The notes under the pieces: generated by a model
Database searches by the model: none
The model's input: only the letters and a program-made list of their open reading frames with translations
What the model was told of the DNA's origin: nothing
Shown here: positions 43,575 through 57,525 of the stretch, piece after piece
Numbering within the stretch: position 1 is the stretch's first letter
Layout of the letters: every line of letters starts with the position of its first letter
Position numbers and translations under genes: made by a program
NCBI RefSeq assembly: GCF_009914755.1
Contig: NC_060930.1
Length of the DNA stretch: 64,000 bases
Direction: 5' to 3' (one strand)
Source of the DNA: the human T2T-CHM13v2.0 reference genome, Homo sapiens

Positions 43575-43855
43575 GGCTGGGCACGGTGGCTCATGCCTGT
43601 AATCCCAGCACTTTGGGAACCCAAGGCGGGTGGATCATGAGGTCAGGAGTTCAAGACCAGCTTGGCCAACATGGTGAAACCCCGTCTCTACTAAAAATAG
43701 AAAAATTAGCCCGGCGTGGTGGCAGGCGGCAGGCGCCTGTAATCCCAGCTACTCGGAAGGCTGAGGCAGTGAATTACTTGAACCCAGGAGGCAGAGGTTG
43801 CAGTGAGCCGAGATCACGCCACTGCACTCCAGCCTGGGCAACAGAGATCCGTCTC

Positions 43856-43882
<27 letters not shown>
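43575..43882 (+). mobile_element. AluSg-like
   Basis: Full dimer, long poly(A), small GGCAGGC duplication. Confidence 0.92.
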
Positions 43883-43887
<5 letters not shown>

Positions 43888-45816
43888 GTTGTCTCTTGAC
43901 TTTTTTAGCAAATGTGAGAAAAATTACTAGAAATAATTTAGTCCAATTGCTGACTTGCTTTCTTGTGGATCTCAAACTTATTTGCATAAAAATAACTTCC
44001 TTAACTTTTCTCTAAATCTTCCTCAATCTTGCCCTTTAATCACGGTGATTAATACTTAGCATATTTTGTTCTCAGCACAGACTAAAGCATCTCTCTCTAA
44101 TATCTAATATCTATTACAGATATTTTAGTAACATTTCTTTTAACTAAATCAGTATTACTTCTGAAATTAACTTGCATCCATCTTTGATTTTATGTTTATT
44201 ATGGAAAATTCTGCTTTAGACCAAGGTTTTTCATGTGGGTCTTCAAACCTCAGTTGCAGAAACACCAATCTTTTGAGTCTAAAAATTAAGCTATGTATCT
44301 TTTACACGACATTCCATTAACGTAATGTTAAGTGGTAGTTTTTTTTAACCTATTTTAAATTATAGCCTTCGCTTGTTCTTCCATAACTGTATTTGCTGGT
44401 TTCAATTAACTACAAATCTTTGACATTTTTAAGGACAATAATAACTTGCATTCAATTAAGGCCTTCTAAAATATTTTTTGTTTCTATCAATTGTTAGCAT
44501 TCTGCCTCATCAGATAAATCGAGTAAGTGGCCCATATATGTATAATCAGATACATACTATGAGAAAAGAACTTAAGTTATTTTATTTTATATTTAACTAC
44601 TGCATATTCAATTTAAAAGATCTGTATACCATTTAAAATGGAATAAGATCTCTCAAAAACTAAAAATATAAGAAAATTATGGATGTTCTTTCATAGATGA
44701 GAGATGCATGCATTTAAGATGGTCACAAATATCCTGGTTCTCCTAAGCACAAAGGAAGAGGGTTATAAAGTCTTGCAATTAGCTATGTTAGTGATTTAGC
44801 TGCAGAAAACTGTTAACTCTGAACAGACTAAAACAGTTTATAAAAGTGGTCACATTTTTAGGAAACTGAGAAAGTAACATCCAATAGATGTTTACTGCTG
44901 TTTCAGCTCTCATATGGAGTTACATTAAGCATAATCACCTTTAGAATTTCAACAACAGTCCAATTTAAAATAGCTAATGGCCCACAATTTATTTATTTCA
45001 ACATTCATTCTACTATTTTTGTCTGTTCTGGGGAATAGAAAGTACATCAAGATAACAAAGCATAGCATACTCCCTTTTAGATTACATACAAGAGCCTTTG
45101 GTGACCACTGATCTTTATAAATAAGTCCTTACTCTTCCTATATGATTTTTAAATATATGATTTATAAATGCAGAAATATGATTTTTAAATGCAGAATCAA
45201 AGCTGCAGAAGTTCTCCAAATCAGAGTGGCATTTAAATAGCCTTTTTAAATGCCATGTGCTATATCTTTTTGCAAAAAAAAAACAACAAAAAACTCCAAA
45301 ATTCTTAAAAAGTATCATTTTGTAAAAACGTCTACTACTTCTAAGTTAGCATCTTTACATTATGTATAATAATTTTAACTTCTTGAGATACAAATTAATT
45401 TAAAATGCATAAGACAAATGTGTTCGTGTGGTATTCCTGTAGACATCATACCAGCAGTAACTATACTTCAAAGAAGTATACCTCTCAGCTGTGAGAAAGC
45501 CGAAAAATATTCTGCCAAACTGCCAAAATTTCGTAATTTATTTAAGACATTAACCCCACCATATTAGAGTCCTGAAGTGAAAATGTAAAGTCATGAAGTG
45601 AAATGACTTTCTATTTGAATGAATCTTAAAGACAAACAAAAATCTTAGGCCTTCAGTCATTTTCATTGTAATTTTATAATTCAATATTTATTTGTACATC
45701 TGCTACCGGCCACATAAATTTATCATGAAACATGTTTTGCTTTCCCAAACTACACTGTAGTTACTGCTCATCTCTAGCTCCTTTATATTTACAGGGTGCT
45801 CACTGTTAATGATTAC

Positions 45817-45915
45817 CTCCTCCTCTTCCAGCCTCTTCAATGAATCACCAGCAAATTTAATATATTGTGTCATGAGAGTGACCAGGGCAGTATATCGAGT
45901 CCTTAGGTCCATGAA
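45817..45915 (-). CDS. DST: Last plakin-domain exon (FMDLRTRY...LEEEE); branch point between the e and a/b isoforms
   Basis: GCAG| acceptor, |GTAATC donor, 99 nt, phase 0. Confidence 0.95.
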
Positions 45916-46224
45916 CTGCAAGTAAGGAAAAAAATAATAAAAGCATTACCTCCAGTTACTCTTACTAAGTTGAATGAATTTTGAATAATAATTACATTAA
46001 CTAGGCCTTCAGACAGCAAAGCACACAACTCCCCCCATAATAAATGATAAGAATGAGCTTATTATTACTATTATGCAAATCATGGCAAATGATAATTCTC
46101 TTCTAAATTTCACCATGAAGTACATAAGTACATTTATTTATCTCCATAGTTAATAATTAATCTTGAATAAACATTTTTAAAGGGTTTTTAAAAACCCTTA
46201 ATAGAATGTATTGTTCTGGGTGTA

Positions 46225-46385
46225 GACTTTCTCTTTGGGATGACGAAAAGGTTCTGGAAATAAACAGTGGTACCAGTTGCACAATATTGTGATATACTGC
46301 AATGTCATTAAACTGTACATTTAAAATTGTTAAAATAGTAAGTTTTATACTATGTATATTTTACCACAACAAAAAATAAAATTTA
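46225..46385 (+). mobile_element. Old L1M 3' end fragment
   Basis: ...GTACATTTAAAATTGTTAAAATAGTAAGTTTTATACTATGTATATTTTACCACAAC-A-rich, typical of L1MA/MB 3' termini. Confidence 0.6.
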
Positions 46386-46443
46386 AAAAGTAAGTGTTCT
46401 TTCTTTTATGCCCCTTCCCCTCTTTCTCTCATACTTTTATTAC

Positions 46444-46551
46444 CTCTTGAATAATGAGATCTGCTGAACTCTGCATTCTTCGGCGTTTCACTGGAGATTT
46501 TTGTTGTGAATCTACCATGGCCCGGTAGGTCATTGTTTGTAATTCATAGTC
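46444..46551 (-). CDS. DST: DST plakin-domain exon (DYELQTMTY...LIIQE)
   Basis: ACAG| acceptor, |GTAAT donor, 108 nt. Confidence 0.95.
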
Positions 46552-46722
46552 CTGTATAAAGGAGTCAATAAGATAAAATGAATTGAAGCAAAGTACTAGA
46601 GTTTCATTCTACAATAATTTAACACAGATAATTAGAACCTAGATTCACTAAAATAACTTTAGTGATTTGACACAGATCATTAGAACCTAGATTCATTAAA
46701 TTAAGTTTAAATAAAGAAAATA

Positions 46723-47914
46723 TAGTCGTGTTTCACATGAAACATTTCAGTCAAAGACAGACCGTATACATGATGGTAGCCCCATAAAATTATAATGGAG
46801 CTGAAAAATACCTATCGCCTAGTGATGTCGTGGCACAATGCATTACTCACGTTTGTGGTGATGCTGGTGTAAACAAACTTACTGTGCTGCCCGTCACACA
46901 AAAGTATAGCACACACAATTATGTTCAGTATGTAATACTTGGTAATAAATGACTATGTTACTGGTCTATATATTTACCACACTATACTTTTAGTTGTTGT
47001 TTTAGAGTGTACTCCTACTTATTTAAAAAAAAAAAAAAAGTTAACTGTAAAACAGACTCAGATAGGTCCTTCAGAAAGTATTCCAGAAAAAGGCATTGTT
47101 ATCATAGGAGAAGACAGCTCCATACATGTGATTGCCCCTGAAGACCTTCCCATGGGATTTGGAGGTGTAAGACAATGATATTGATGATCTTGACTCTATA
47201 TAGGCCTAAGTTAATGTGTATGTTTGTCTCTTAGGCTTTAACAAAGAAGTTTAAAAAGTAAAAAAAAAAAAAAAAAACCAAAAATTAAAAATAGAAAAAA
47301 GCTTACAGAATAAAGTATAAAGAAAGAAGATGCTTTTGTATGGCTGTACAATGTGTTCGTTGTTTTAAGCTAAGTGCTATGAGAAAAGAGTCAAAAGGTT
47401 AAAAAAATTACAAGTTTATAATGTAAAAAAGTTACAGTAAGTTAATGTCAATTTATTATTGAAGAAATTTTTTTATAAGCTAGTGTAGTCTAAGTGTACA
47501 GTGTTTATAAATTCTACAGAGGTGTACAGTAATGTCCTAGGCCTCTACCTTCACTCAGAGCTCACTCACTAACTCACCAAAGCAACTTCTAGTCCTGCAA
47601 GCTCCATTCATGGTAGGTGCTCTATACAAGTGTACCATGTTTTGTATTTTATTCCCTATTTTTATTATACCTTTAATATGTTTAGATACACAAATAGATA
47701 CCATTATGTTACAGTTGCCTACACTATTCAGTACAGTAACATGCTGTACAGGTTTATAGTCTAGGAGCAAGAGGCTGTACCATATGCCTAAGTGTGTAGA
47801 AAGCTGTAACATGTAGGTTTATGTGAGTACACTCTACAATGTTCGCACAATGAAAAAATCACCTAACAACGCATTTCTCGGAATATATCCCCTTTGCTAA
47901 ACAACACATGACTG
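46723..47914 (+). mobile_element. Tigger3b-like DNA transposon (~1.2 kb)
   Basis: TA-flanked, TAGTCGTG...CATGACTG termini; shares end sequences with 23515-23829. Confidence 0.85.
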
Positions 47915-48490
47915 TAGAGCAAAATTACATTTTTAGGAATCTATCCAATCCTGGAGATGCTTCCAAGATGGGGACAAAATCAGAAACATGTAGGGTGGTC
48001 GGGTAATTTCCAAGTCTGTTTAGAAGCTCATGAAAATATATGTAACAATAGTGTAGCCCTATGCAGCCCCCCTTTCCTCCAGCTAAGCAATGGAACTATG
48101 GATCTGGAGGGCTAAAACTGAAAAGTTGTCAATGACAACTTGAAAAGCATGAAAAGTGTCCCCCTAAGTGAGAAAGTTAGAAGCTCTCCCATGAAATACC
48201 CTAACAATGTTAAAGAAAAAAGAAAGAAAAGTGATAAGAAACCAACTACAGAGCTATGTATTCTGGTGGCTGGGAGTGGCAGGGGTGTACATATGTGAGA
48301 GAGAAGAAGACGAATGAACTGGGGGGCTGTCATGTGACTAATTTCACAAAGAATTATTAGATAAGTGTCAAAAAAGTTCAAATGAAGATTCTTTTAAACA
48401 CTGAGTGAAATGACTTGCATGGCTTTAACAGTACATGTAGAATCACAAACCTGAATATTAAATTTTACTAAAGTTAATGAATCTTCCTAC

Positions 48491-48574
48491 CTTCACTGTA
48501 GCTGAGTACTGTTCTGCATATTTTTGACACTCGTCCATTTTGCTCTGTTTCATTTCTATTTCGGACACCAGCAT
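48491..48574 (-). CDS. DST: DST plakin-domain exon (MLVSEIEMK...SATVK)
   Basis: TAG| acceptor, |GTAGG donor, 84 nt. Confidence 0.94.
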
Positions 48575-49285
48575 CTATAAATATACACAGTTTAGAACAA
48601 AAATGACAAGGAATTCAGCTATTCTACTACATAAGATGCTCAGTAACTAAGACATATCTACATCACTTCACAGTACAGCTCCTTAGCCCTTTGCACTTAA
48701 TACACAACTTGCCTTATGGGAAAATTACAAACTTTCAGATTAAGCCACAGAAGTGACCCACCCCATGTGGTTTTCAAAGCAGAAATTACTAAACTCCTTA
48801 GGAATTATCCAAAAGCAGACTTGATGCCCTTGGCCACCACCTATTTCTGAAGAAAATAGAGCTAGAGATGATTGGCCCCTAAGATAGAACAAAAATCTCA
48901 AAGCATTCAACTTTCTGTCAAATGTGGTATTTAATTTTCCATTGCTAACCATTTTTACTTATTTAGGAACCTAGAAAACTATTGAGGCCAGCAAAGTGTC
49001 AAAGAGATTTCTATACCTATGATTAAATAAATTATCATTAGGAATTTGAAAAGTATCCCAACACTCTCCACTTTCTGATTACCCATGCTTTCAAAAATTA
49101 CTTCCAAGAAATAAAAATAAGTCATGTATGTAGGTTTGGGTTGCAAGATTTTAATATTTTTTATATACTCTCCACCTTCCTCTAAAGAGTTGGTGACTTT
49201 TTCATTTAACATAGGAAAGGAAGATGAGGAGCATGACTGACCAAATGCAGACATAACCTCAGTAGAGGGAATTATTTTTACATAC

Positions 49286-49448
49286 CTTCTGTTGATTCAA
49301 CTGTGTGGCTAGGGTTTTACTATTTTCAGGCTGATTTTCCTGAATCTTTCTCTGAGTAGTTTCAACCTGCTGGATCCAATCATCTAAAGGATGGTAAGTG
49401 TCTCTGTAGTACTTCAGTGATTTGCCAATGCCCTCTAAGTCCCGTAAC
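49286..49448 (-). CDS. DST: DST plakin-domain exon (LRDLEGIG...LNQQK)
   Basis: CTTAG| acceptor, |GTATGT donor, 163 nt. Confidence 0.94.
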
Positions 49449-50536
49449 CTAAGAGAATAGTAACCGAATAGTCACGGTGTCCAGCGATATCCATCAGGAG
49501 GGTGGAAGATGTAGAGATGGGAGAGACAAAATAATTGGACTGCAATGAACTAAGCACAAGACGGGTATGTATAAAGAACTCAAGGCTGCAGCACCCTGAG
49601 GCACACCCCCAAGGGCATTCCTTATTGGGTTGAATATAAACATTCTGCTCCCTGAGTTGTGCAATTTAGTGACAGTGATTATTCTAGGGACAAGCCCAAG
49701 AAGCTAAACTTAAAAAGCAAGAAAAGTGGAAGCTTAACCTTAATTATTATCAATTACAGTGTCTTGAATAGTAAGGCTTGCATCAAATGGCAGTTCAGTT
49801 TTGAAATAACGATAAGGTAGTCCAATGAATGGTTCAACATGGTCTCAGAGAGTATTTTCCAGGAGCTGTGATTACATACCTGTCTCTATGATTTAAAAAA
49901 CCACCACATTAAACCTATGTATCATATTTGTTACAGAGATAACACATATTTGAACATAATTTTACTTTTGGAGAATGGCACTGTATCATAAAAGCATTTT
50001 ATTTGCATTAATATAAGCACGAAAGTGAATGAGAAAGGACACGAATTCATTTATTTTAAGATGAACCCTAAAACCTTTTTTAATTCAGTAACTGAGAATT
50101 TTGACTTTCTTGTATCTTCAATTAAAATGAACATCAGGGCATTTCCATTTATTTACATTTCTTAAGTCCAGTATAGAAGCTACACACAGCCCTATCACAT
50201 GCATGCTTCATGCTCTTACTAAGTCATGGTTATTTGAATATTATAAGTTGGTAATAATTAGAGAACTACATTGTTTTTTCCTTCAGAAAAGGCAAGCAGA
50301 TTAACTATATAAATGCTAGAATACATGAATAGTAACAGAGTTGAAAAAATGCTTATTTTAAGTTAAATGTCTTACTAAAGTCCTCCAAGTAAGAAAGAAA
50401 TATGGCTAAGTAGAGGTATTGTAATTAACAAATTAACTATGGAAGTAAAAAAATAGCCTCATATGTGTAGATTTTACTCATTTACCATAGATAGACATTA
50501 AATCTGTGCTAAAACTGAACAAAAAAGGATACTAAC

Positions 50537-50730
50537 CTGTTGTCAATCTGCACATGAACATTTTGCCACCTTTCAACTAATTGATCTGCTTTTTCTTTGT
50601 GCCAGTCAAAATCAAGGTCCCGTTCTTTATACGTTTTAAACATTTCATCACTGATGGCTTTAGCTTTCTGCAACTCATCCTCTAAGGCATGGAATACCTG
50701 TCTCTTTTCATCTACTTCAGATCTCCATTG
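50537..50730 (-). CDS. DST: DST plakin-domain exon ([10 protein letters not shown]...QIDNR)
   Basis: TTTAG| acceptor, |GTTAGT donor, 194 nt. Confidence 0.94.
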
Positions 50731-51531
50731 CTAAAATACATTAATTGGTAAAAGTTATAAAAATGTTAACCACTCACTGGGTAAATATATTATTTACCTA
50801 ATTTTACAATTTATTTACAAATGACAGGTAGAAAATAAGATAAAGGAAAGAATATCTTTCATATGCACAATATTATATTAGTTCAAACCTTATGAAATTT
50901 TCAATATTTGTACTCTGATTTTTTAATGACAATTTTATAACGTTCAGCCTAATAAAATTTGCATATCAACAAAATAAAATATATTCCATAAGCAAGTTTG
51001 CTACCTCCATTAATAAAATATGTCTTTTTCATTGTCTGCTTTTAAGTGCCTACTAATCCCACTGTTAAAAAGAAATACATGCATTAAAAATCACTGAGAT
51101 AACTTTTAAAAATTGCTTTGCAATAGTTTCACCACTTGCTAAAGAAATACACATAGATGAGTTGAACTACAAGTCTTTTTCCTTTCTCAGATTAACTTCT
51201 CTATTTACCTCCTTGATATCTTAAATTAACTTCTTTTTCAGCAAGTTAATCTATTACAAATAATTTAATTTTTAGCTTCGACTCCTCCTGCTGCCAACAT
51301 GAATTGACTATCAAAAGCTACTGTCAAAAGGGTTCAAACTTCAAATGAGAACTCTCCTCAAACTAAAATGACTGAACATACTTAGAGTAAACTGTGAGAT
51401 CACAGAGACACAAATGGAATAAATCCATTCAAAAATCCAAGATATTTAACACTTGATGTTTGAAGATCTAAGTGCTAGAGAAATACTTGTAGAATACGAT
51501 ATTTAAAAATATCCAAAAGTGAGTCTCATAC

Positions 51532-51670
51532 CTTTAAAGTACTTATTAGATTCTCAATATTATTCTTGTCAGCTATAACTGCTTCTTCTTCACACAGTTT
51601 AGTTTCATAGAGTTTTACGAGGGCTTCTGCAGCTTGAGTGTTTTTTAACACCAAGTTAACAGTTTTCAAC
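51532..51670 (-). CDS. DST: DST plakin-domain exon (LKTVNLVL...ISTLK)
   Basis: TAAG| acceptor, |GTATGA donor, 139 nt. Confidence 0.93.
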
Positions 51671-52064
51671 CTTAAAAAGGAAATTAAACAATAGCCACCT
51701 ATGGTTAAATGTTTATTTTTGCATAATGTAGTCCTGAAGCACCATTATGACACATGACATAACATGTTCTTCACCTTGGAACACTGATACATTTACTATG
51801 AAACTGACATTTTTCTGGCTTTCTTCTTAATAGAGAGTATGTGCTCCAACCCATCCCCTGCCCCACAAGTGGTATTCAGCAAGAGACTGCAACATAAGAT
51901 GGTTTCTTTCTAACTTTGTTTAAGTATGAGATGAAAATTCATTGGCTACAACTGCTGAGCTACCCAAATTACATGCAAAATGTGGGAGGACCATACATTA
52001 CACACTCATCTCTGAAGCACATCCACTATCAACATAGAGAAGTGTCATCAATCCATAAAAATAA

Positions 52065-52400
<336 letters not shown>

Positions 52401-52497
52401 TAATATTTATATTAATAAAAATAAAATTTTAAATTAATAGTAAATAAAAATGAGAGTTGTATGAAGCAATTTATATATTGAGATAGCAGTTACATAC

Positions 52498-52676
52498 TTA
52501 TCTATGTAAGTGGAAGACATAGAATAGACTTGGTTCATGTTCTGAAGGACCACATTAAGCTCTGATCGTAGGGTAGGGACTGATGAAGAGGCTGCTGCTT
52601 GACTGAAAAACTCCTCACACTTATTTGTGATTGTTCCCAAATCATCTTTAAGTCGTTCCAGCTCTTTCTTTAGTTT
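52498..52676 (-). CDS. DST: DST plakin-domain exon (KLKKELER...TYIDK)
   Basis: TAG| acceptor, |GTATGT donor, 179 nt. Confidence 0.94.
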
Positions 52677-53169
52677 CTATAAAACAGAGAACAAACAAAG
52701 GTATCAGGCCATCACCTGTGATGAGGTGTTTTTCTTAAACTAGTTGAAAAACACACATTTCACATTAAGAACCAATGACTTAGAAATCTACATATTCTTT
52801 GTTTGTTATCAAAGAAACTACATCATAGCATTCAAGTTTTACAATCAATAATTCCCTTACTGTTCATCTCCTTAGCCTCAACATCTAACTTAGTACTTTT
52901 GCACACAGCAGGTGTATAATGACTTTTATTACAAGTCCTTATATCCTTCATCACAATGAAGGTGAGCGTGTACATATTCTCATGTTTACCTGAGTCAGAG
53001 GTAGACTGAATCCTAGTTTATAATCAGCAATAATTACACAATCAGACCTCACCTCACACTAGACTGGCTAGTGTGAGTGTGCAAAACTGAACATTAAGAA
53101 GTCACAAGAGTTGATACATAAGGTCATTAAGAGAGTTAGTTTTTTTCCCAACATATTTATAGCTCTCAC

Positions 53170-53327
53170 CTCCTGTTCTGTGATTCTGAACACACTTTCA
53201 TGCAAATCATCTCTTTCCAGGGGAGTTCGAATCTGTCTAATCAGCCGATCTTCACAGTTCTCTAACCGAAGTCTAATGTTTCGAACTTCAGAGATGTAGA
53301 GATTATAAACTGATTCCTCTTGCTCCT
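53170..53327 (-). CDS. DST: DST plakin-domain exon (EQEESVYNL...ITEQE)
   Basis: CACAG| acceptor, |GTGAG donor, 158 nt. Confidence 0.94.
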
Positions 53328-54140
53328 CTGTGAAAATAAATATGTTTAGAAAATACCTTGTTTTCTATCTCTTAGAAGCTTCTGTTTATGTTTTAATATG
53401 AGAATTTTATATTACTGGGACACAGCTAGTCAAGCAAATGATTCCTGTTTTCATCACAAACCCATTCTAAGGATATAAATCTTAAAACATAAATCTTAAA
53501 ATTTAAGAAGAATTAATAAAATTTCCCAAATGCCATTTGAAGTACCAATTTCCGATTAAATGCTGTCCAAAGTAATACGTTGCTATTTTATGTTCACAAA
53601 AATGTGAATTATATTAGCTGCAAAAATTAATTACAAAAATCAAATAAAAATCCTTAAAAGTAAATATTAGGTAAATAATATTTAATGTTTAAGATTTTTA
53701 AAAAATAGAATATTACTAATAAAATTGTCTCTAATTAAAATTTTTAAAGTTCAGAATAAAATCTGTATTTAACAAAAGTTAACTAGGCAAAAACCTTTTG
53801 CTTTAATCCTTGTATAAAATCCAAGTTTGGTAAATGGGAAAATAATTGAATCTTTTCTGAAACTGAAGGATTGCAAAATAGTGAAAACGTTGAAAAGTAA
53901 GAATTCGTTGTTTGTCCAACCAGTTGGTTGGCACCTTTCATTAATTTATCATTTGGAAACAAATTAATCCCTTCTTGAGTCTTCCTACCTCAAACATGCT
54001 TTTACCGTTCCACCAATTGTGTCTACATATCATAGGCTGGGTGATACAATATACCTAAGATTGAGATTCCCATTGAGAGCAAAAAATAGCCAGAACTAAA
54101 CACCTATGGGGAAAAAAAGACAGGGATCCCCATGCTTTAC

Positions 54141-54324
54141 CTCTTTCTGCAGATTTAAGAAGTTCTTGATAATACTGCTTACATACATTAACCTCCTTTT
54201 CCAGTTGTGTTATATCTGAGCCTGAAAAGACTTGGGATTCCTGGCTATCTTCCAGAAAATCTTCAAAACGAGATTGTAGATTACTTAGAACTTGCTGATG
54301 TTCACCAGGTAGCATTGTCTTTAT
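54141..54324 (-). CDS. DST: DST plakin-domain exon (IKTMLPGE...KSAER)
   Basis: TTTAG| acceptor, |GTAAAG donor, 184 nt. Confidence 0.95.
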
Positions 54325-54453
54325 CTAAAGAAGACCAAAGACCCATGTAATTCATTCTATTACTCATAGATTTGAATGGGAGACACTTCAAACTGGTCGT
54401 GTGGTATATGCCAATCTAAACGAATAATCATAAATAGGAACATTTGAAATTAA

Positions 54454-55088
<635 letters not shown>

Positions 55089-55418
55089 AACAATTTTAGG
55101 TTTTAACGACAAAGAAAAACAAGTCTACGAAACTCAAATGAAATCAACTGTACCCATCATCGTATATCCAACAACTACATTCTGCCTCCCTATCTCACAG
55201 TAAGTTCTGAATGAAATTTGTGATCTCCAGATTTCCTCAGTTCTTAAAAAGTGCCTTATATGCTATGGGCATATAACAAATATTCATTGAATAAATGAAT
55301 ATTAGCATGGATTTGCCGGACTCCATCCTATTCTAAAGCAAATACAAACTCTACGACACATATGAAAAGGCATGCACATTTTTGGACATATCGAGTTGAC
55401 ATACAGATTCATACTTAC

Positions 55419-55545
55419 TGAAGCCACATTGCTAGCTCGAATTCTATCAATTTCATTGATGAGATAATGCCAGGATACTACACTCTTCATGTTTATGTGA
55501 GACTCATGCCAAAGAGTCAGGACATTCTGATACTGTTGCTCAATT
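55419..55545 (-). CDS. DST: DST plakin-domain exon (IEQQYQNV...SNVAS)
   Basis: TTTCAG| acceptor, |GTAAGT donor, 127 nt. Confidence 0.95.
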
Positions 55546-55748
55546 CTGAAATACATGAAAGAGAACTCAGATTAATGTTTTTACTCCCTCTGAAAACACA
55601 CTGCAATTTTTCTTTTTGTGTGAAATATTCCACGGATGAGTTCTAGAGACTTTTGATCCTGTGGGGCCTTGACAAAGTATTGATTGTTCCTTCAACCTTC
55701 AGAGGGCCCCCAAAACTAGCTCAACATTTTTAGCTAATATATACAAAC

Positions 55749-55903
55749 CTGTTGGCAAGGTCCACCGCTTCTTTGTTTGGTGGAGGAACGGTGAAGCACA
55801 CAGATGGGACCATAGCCTCATTCCCAGTAGGACTAATGACCTTCCATTTAGCACGATGAGAGTTATTCGCCAAAACACATTCATCGTCTTTGTAAATGGT
55901 TAT
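55749..55903 (-). CDS. DST: DST plakin SH3-domain exon (ITIYKDDEC...DLANR)
   Basis: CCAG| acceptor, |GTTTG donor, 155 nt; [21 protein letters not shown]3 signature. Confidence 0.95.
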
Positions 55904-56087
55904 CTGGTTTAAAATAAAGAGCAGAATAACTCAATGAGGTCACTGTTAACTGTTTTCCATACTCAATCCTGGGATTTTTTTTGTTTTATGAGGCGGGAAA
56001 TCTTGATCACTAGTTAGCAATATGATCTCATTTACAAAATATATGAATAATGACAGAAACTGGTCTGTTTCTAGGAGTTACAAGTAC

Positions 56088-56240
56088 CTCAATTTGTCTG
56101 TAGTCACAGATAGCTTTGATCGGAATAGAAGTTTTGAGTGGACAGTCAGAATTCCTTGGCTTCAGTTGAATTATTGTTTTTGCTTTTCCCATTAGGTTTG
56201 CTATAGTGCTTTTGTACTGCAGAAGTTCTTCTTTCTCTTC
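56088..56240 (-). CDS. DST: DST plakin-domain exon (EEKEELLQ...CDYRQIE)
   Basis: TTAG| acceptor, |GTACT donor, 153 nt; start of SH3. Confidence 0.94.
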
Positions 56241-56289
56241 CTAAGTAATAAATACAGTGAATTTTAAGAAGTAAAAGACTTGTACTCTC

Positions 56290-56630
56290 CATGCCTTCAG
56301 CACTTTACACAAATTAAACTTCATCAGAAAAGTCTTCTCTCTGACTACCTAGTCTAAATTTTCAATCTTTCCTCCTCCACCCCATCTTGTATCCCTCTTC
56401 CTTTCTTTGGTTTGTTTGGTTTTCTTTTTCCTCTTTGGCATTTACACTACCTAACATACTATACAAATTTTACTTATTTATTCTGTTTATTGTCTAACTC
56501 CCTCTCTAGCATGTAAGCACCACAAAGGTAGAGATTCTTGTCTGCTTTGTTCACTGCTGTAGCTCTAGAACCTAAAACAGTGCCCAGGATATATTAAGAA
56601 CTTAAAAAGTATTTGCAAAATGAATAACTA
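56290..56630 (+). mobile_element. L2 3' end fragment
   Basis: ...TCTGCTTTGTTCACTGCTGTAG...AACAGTGCC...TGAATAA, characteristic L2 tail. Confidence 0.6.
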
Positions 56631-56875
56631 AACACACACGTGCACACACACACACACGACACTAAAAACCATCTTAAAATATCAAAGCTATCACATTAAA
56701 AAAACACTTCTGTTGTATTTGTTGCCAAAAGAATACTAAAACTGAATGTGCAAATGTGTAATTGAATTAGTGGGAAATATCAAGAGTGCCAATAAAATAC
56801 AAAGTTCTGCTCATATAAAACACTAATCTAATCACTTATGCATACTTATAAAATGCATAGGTTTTGTATTAGTAC

Positions 56876-57001
56876 CATTGATTCCTGAACAAGGTCTTCT
56901 AGCTTGTGAATGCTGCTTGATCTATCACAGCTGTACTTCCGCTGAATGGCATCTTTTAGATTCCTTAAGTAATCAGTAGCTTCTTTGGCATCATTGAAAA
57001 A
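56876..57001 (-). CDS. DST: DST plakin-domain exon (FFNDAKE...VQESM)
   Basis: TTAG| acceptor, |GTACT donor, 126 nt. Confidence 0.93.
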
Positions 57002-57525
57002 CTAAGGAAAGATGAAACCTGGAAGTTAAAGTATGTTAAATACCAGCAAAGCACACAGTTGTCACACTCCAATACCAAGGTCCTATGTGTACCCCTCATA
57101 AGTGAGAAGAGAATAAAAGCACAAGATAGCTTAATAGTCACATCTTTCCTTGGACCAAAGAATAACCCTTGAAGTTGAATAGTTATGAATGAACATACTA
57201 AGTGTCCAAAGCTTATATGATGTTTTGGCTCTCTATTATTTTGGCTGAAGGTCCATTTTAAATTAGGATTTAAACAATTTTTAAGTAGGAGTGAAATTCC
57301 AAGAATACTTAAAAACTTCTATGGTTTTAGAAGTTAAATGGTTATAGATGGTTGATTCTCTATATGAAAACAGTTCCTAAATAAGAGACACATTTGTAGA
57401 ATAGAATAAAGATTTTATGATATCTTAAGAATTTTTAAAGGATTCCTGCATTAACAGAATACTTCAATCTATCTCATAGGACATAAAACCAACTCTTTCG
57501 GCCTACAAAGAAAACAATTCACATT

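Noticed and set aside
45703-45816. Open read-through ([18 protein letters not shown]...) past the last plakin exon donor
   Set aside because: No convincing in-frame GT donor or poly(A) signal; best read as intron
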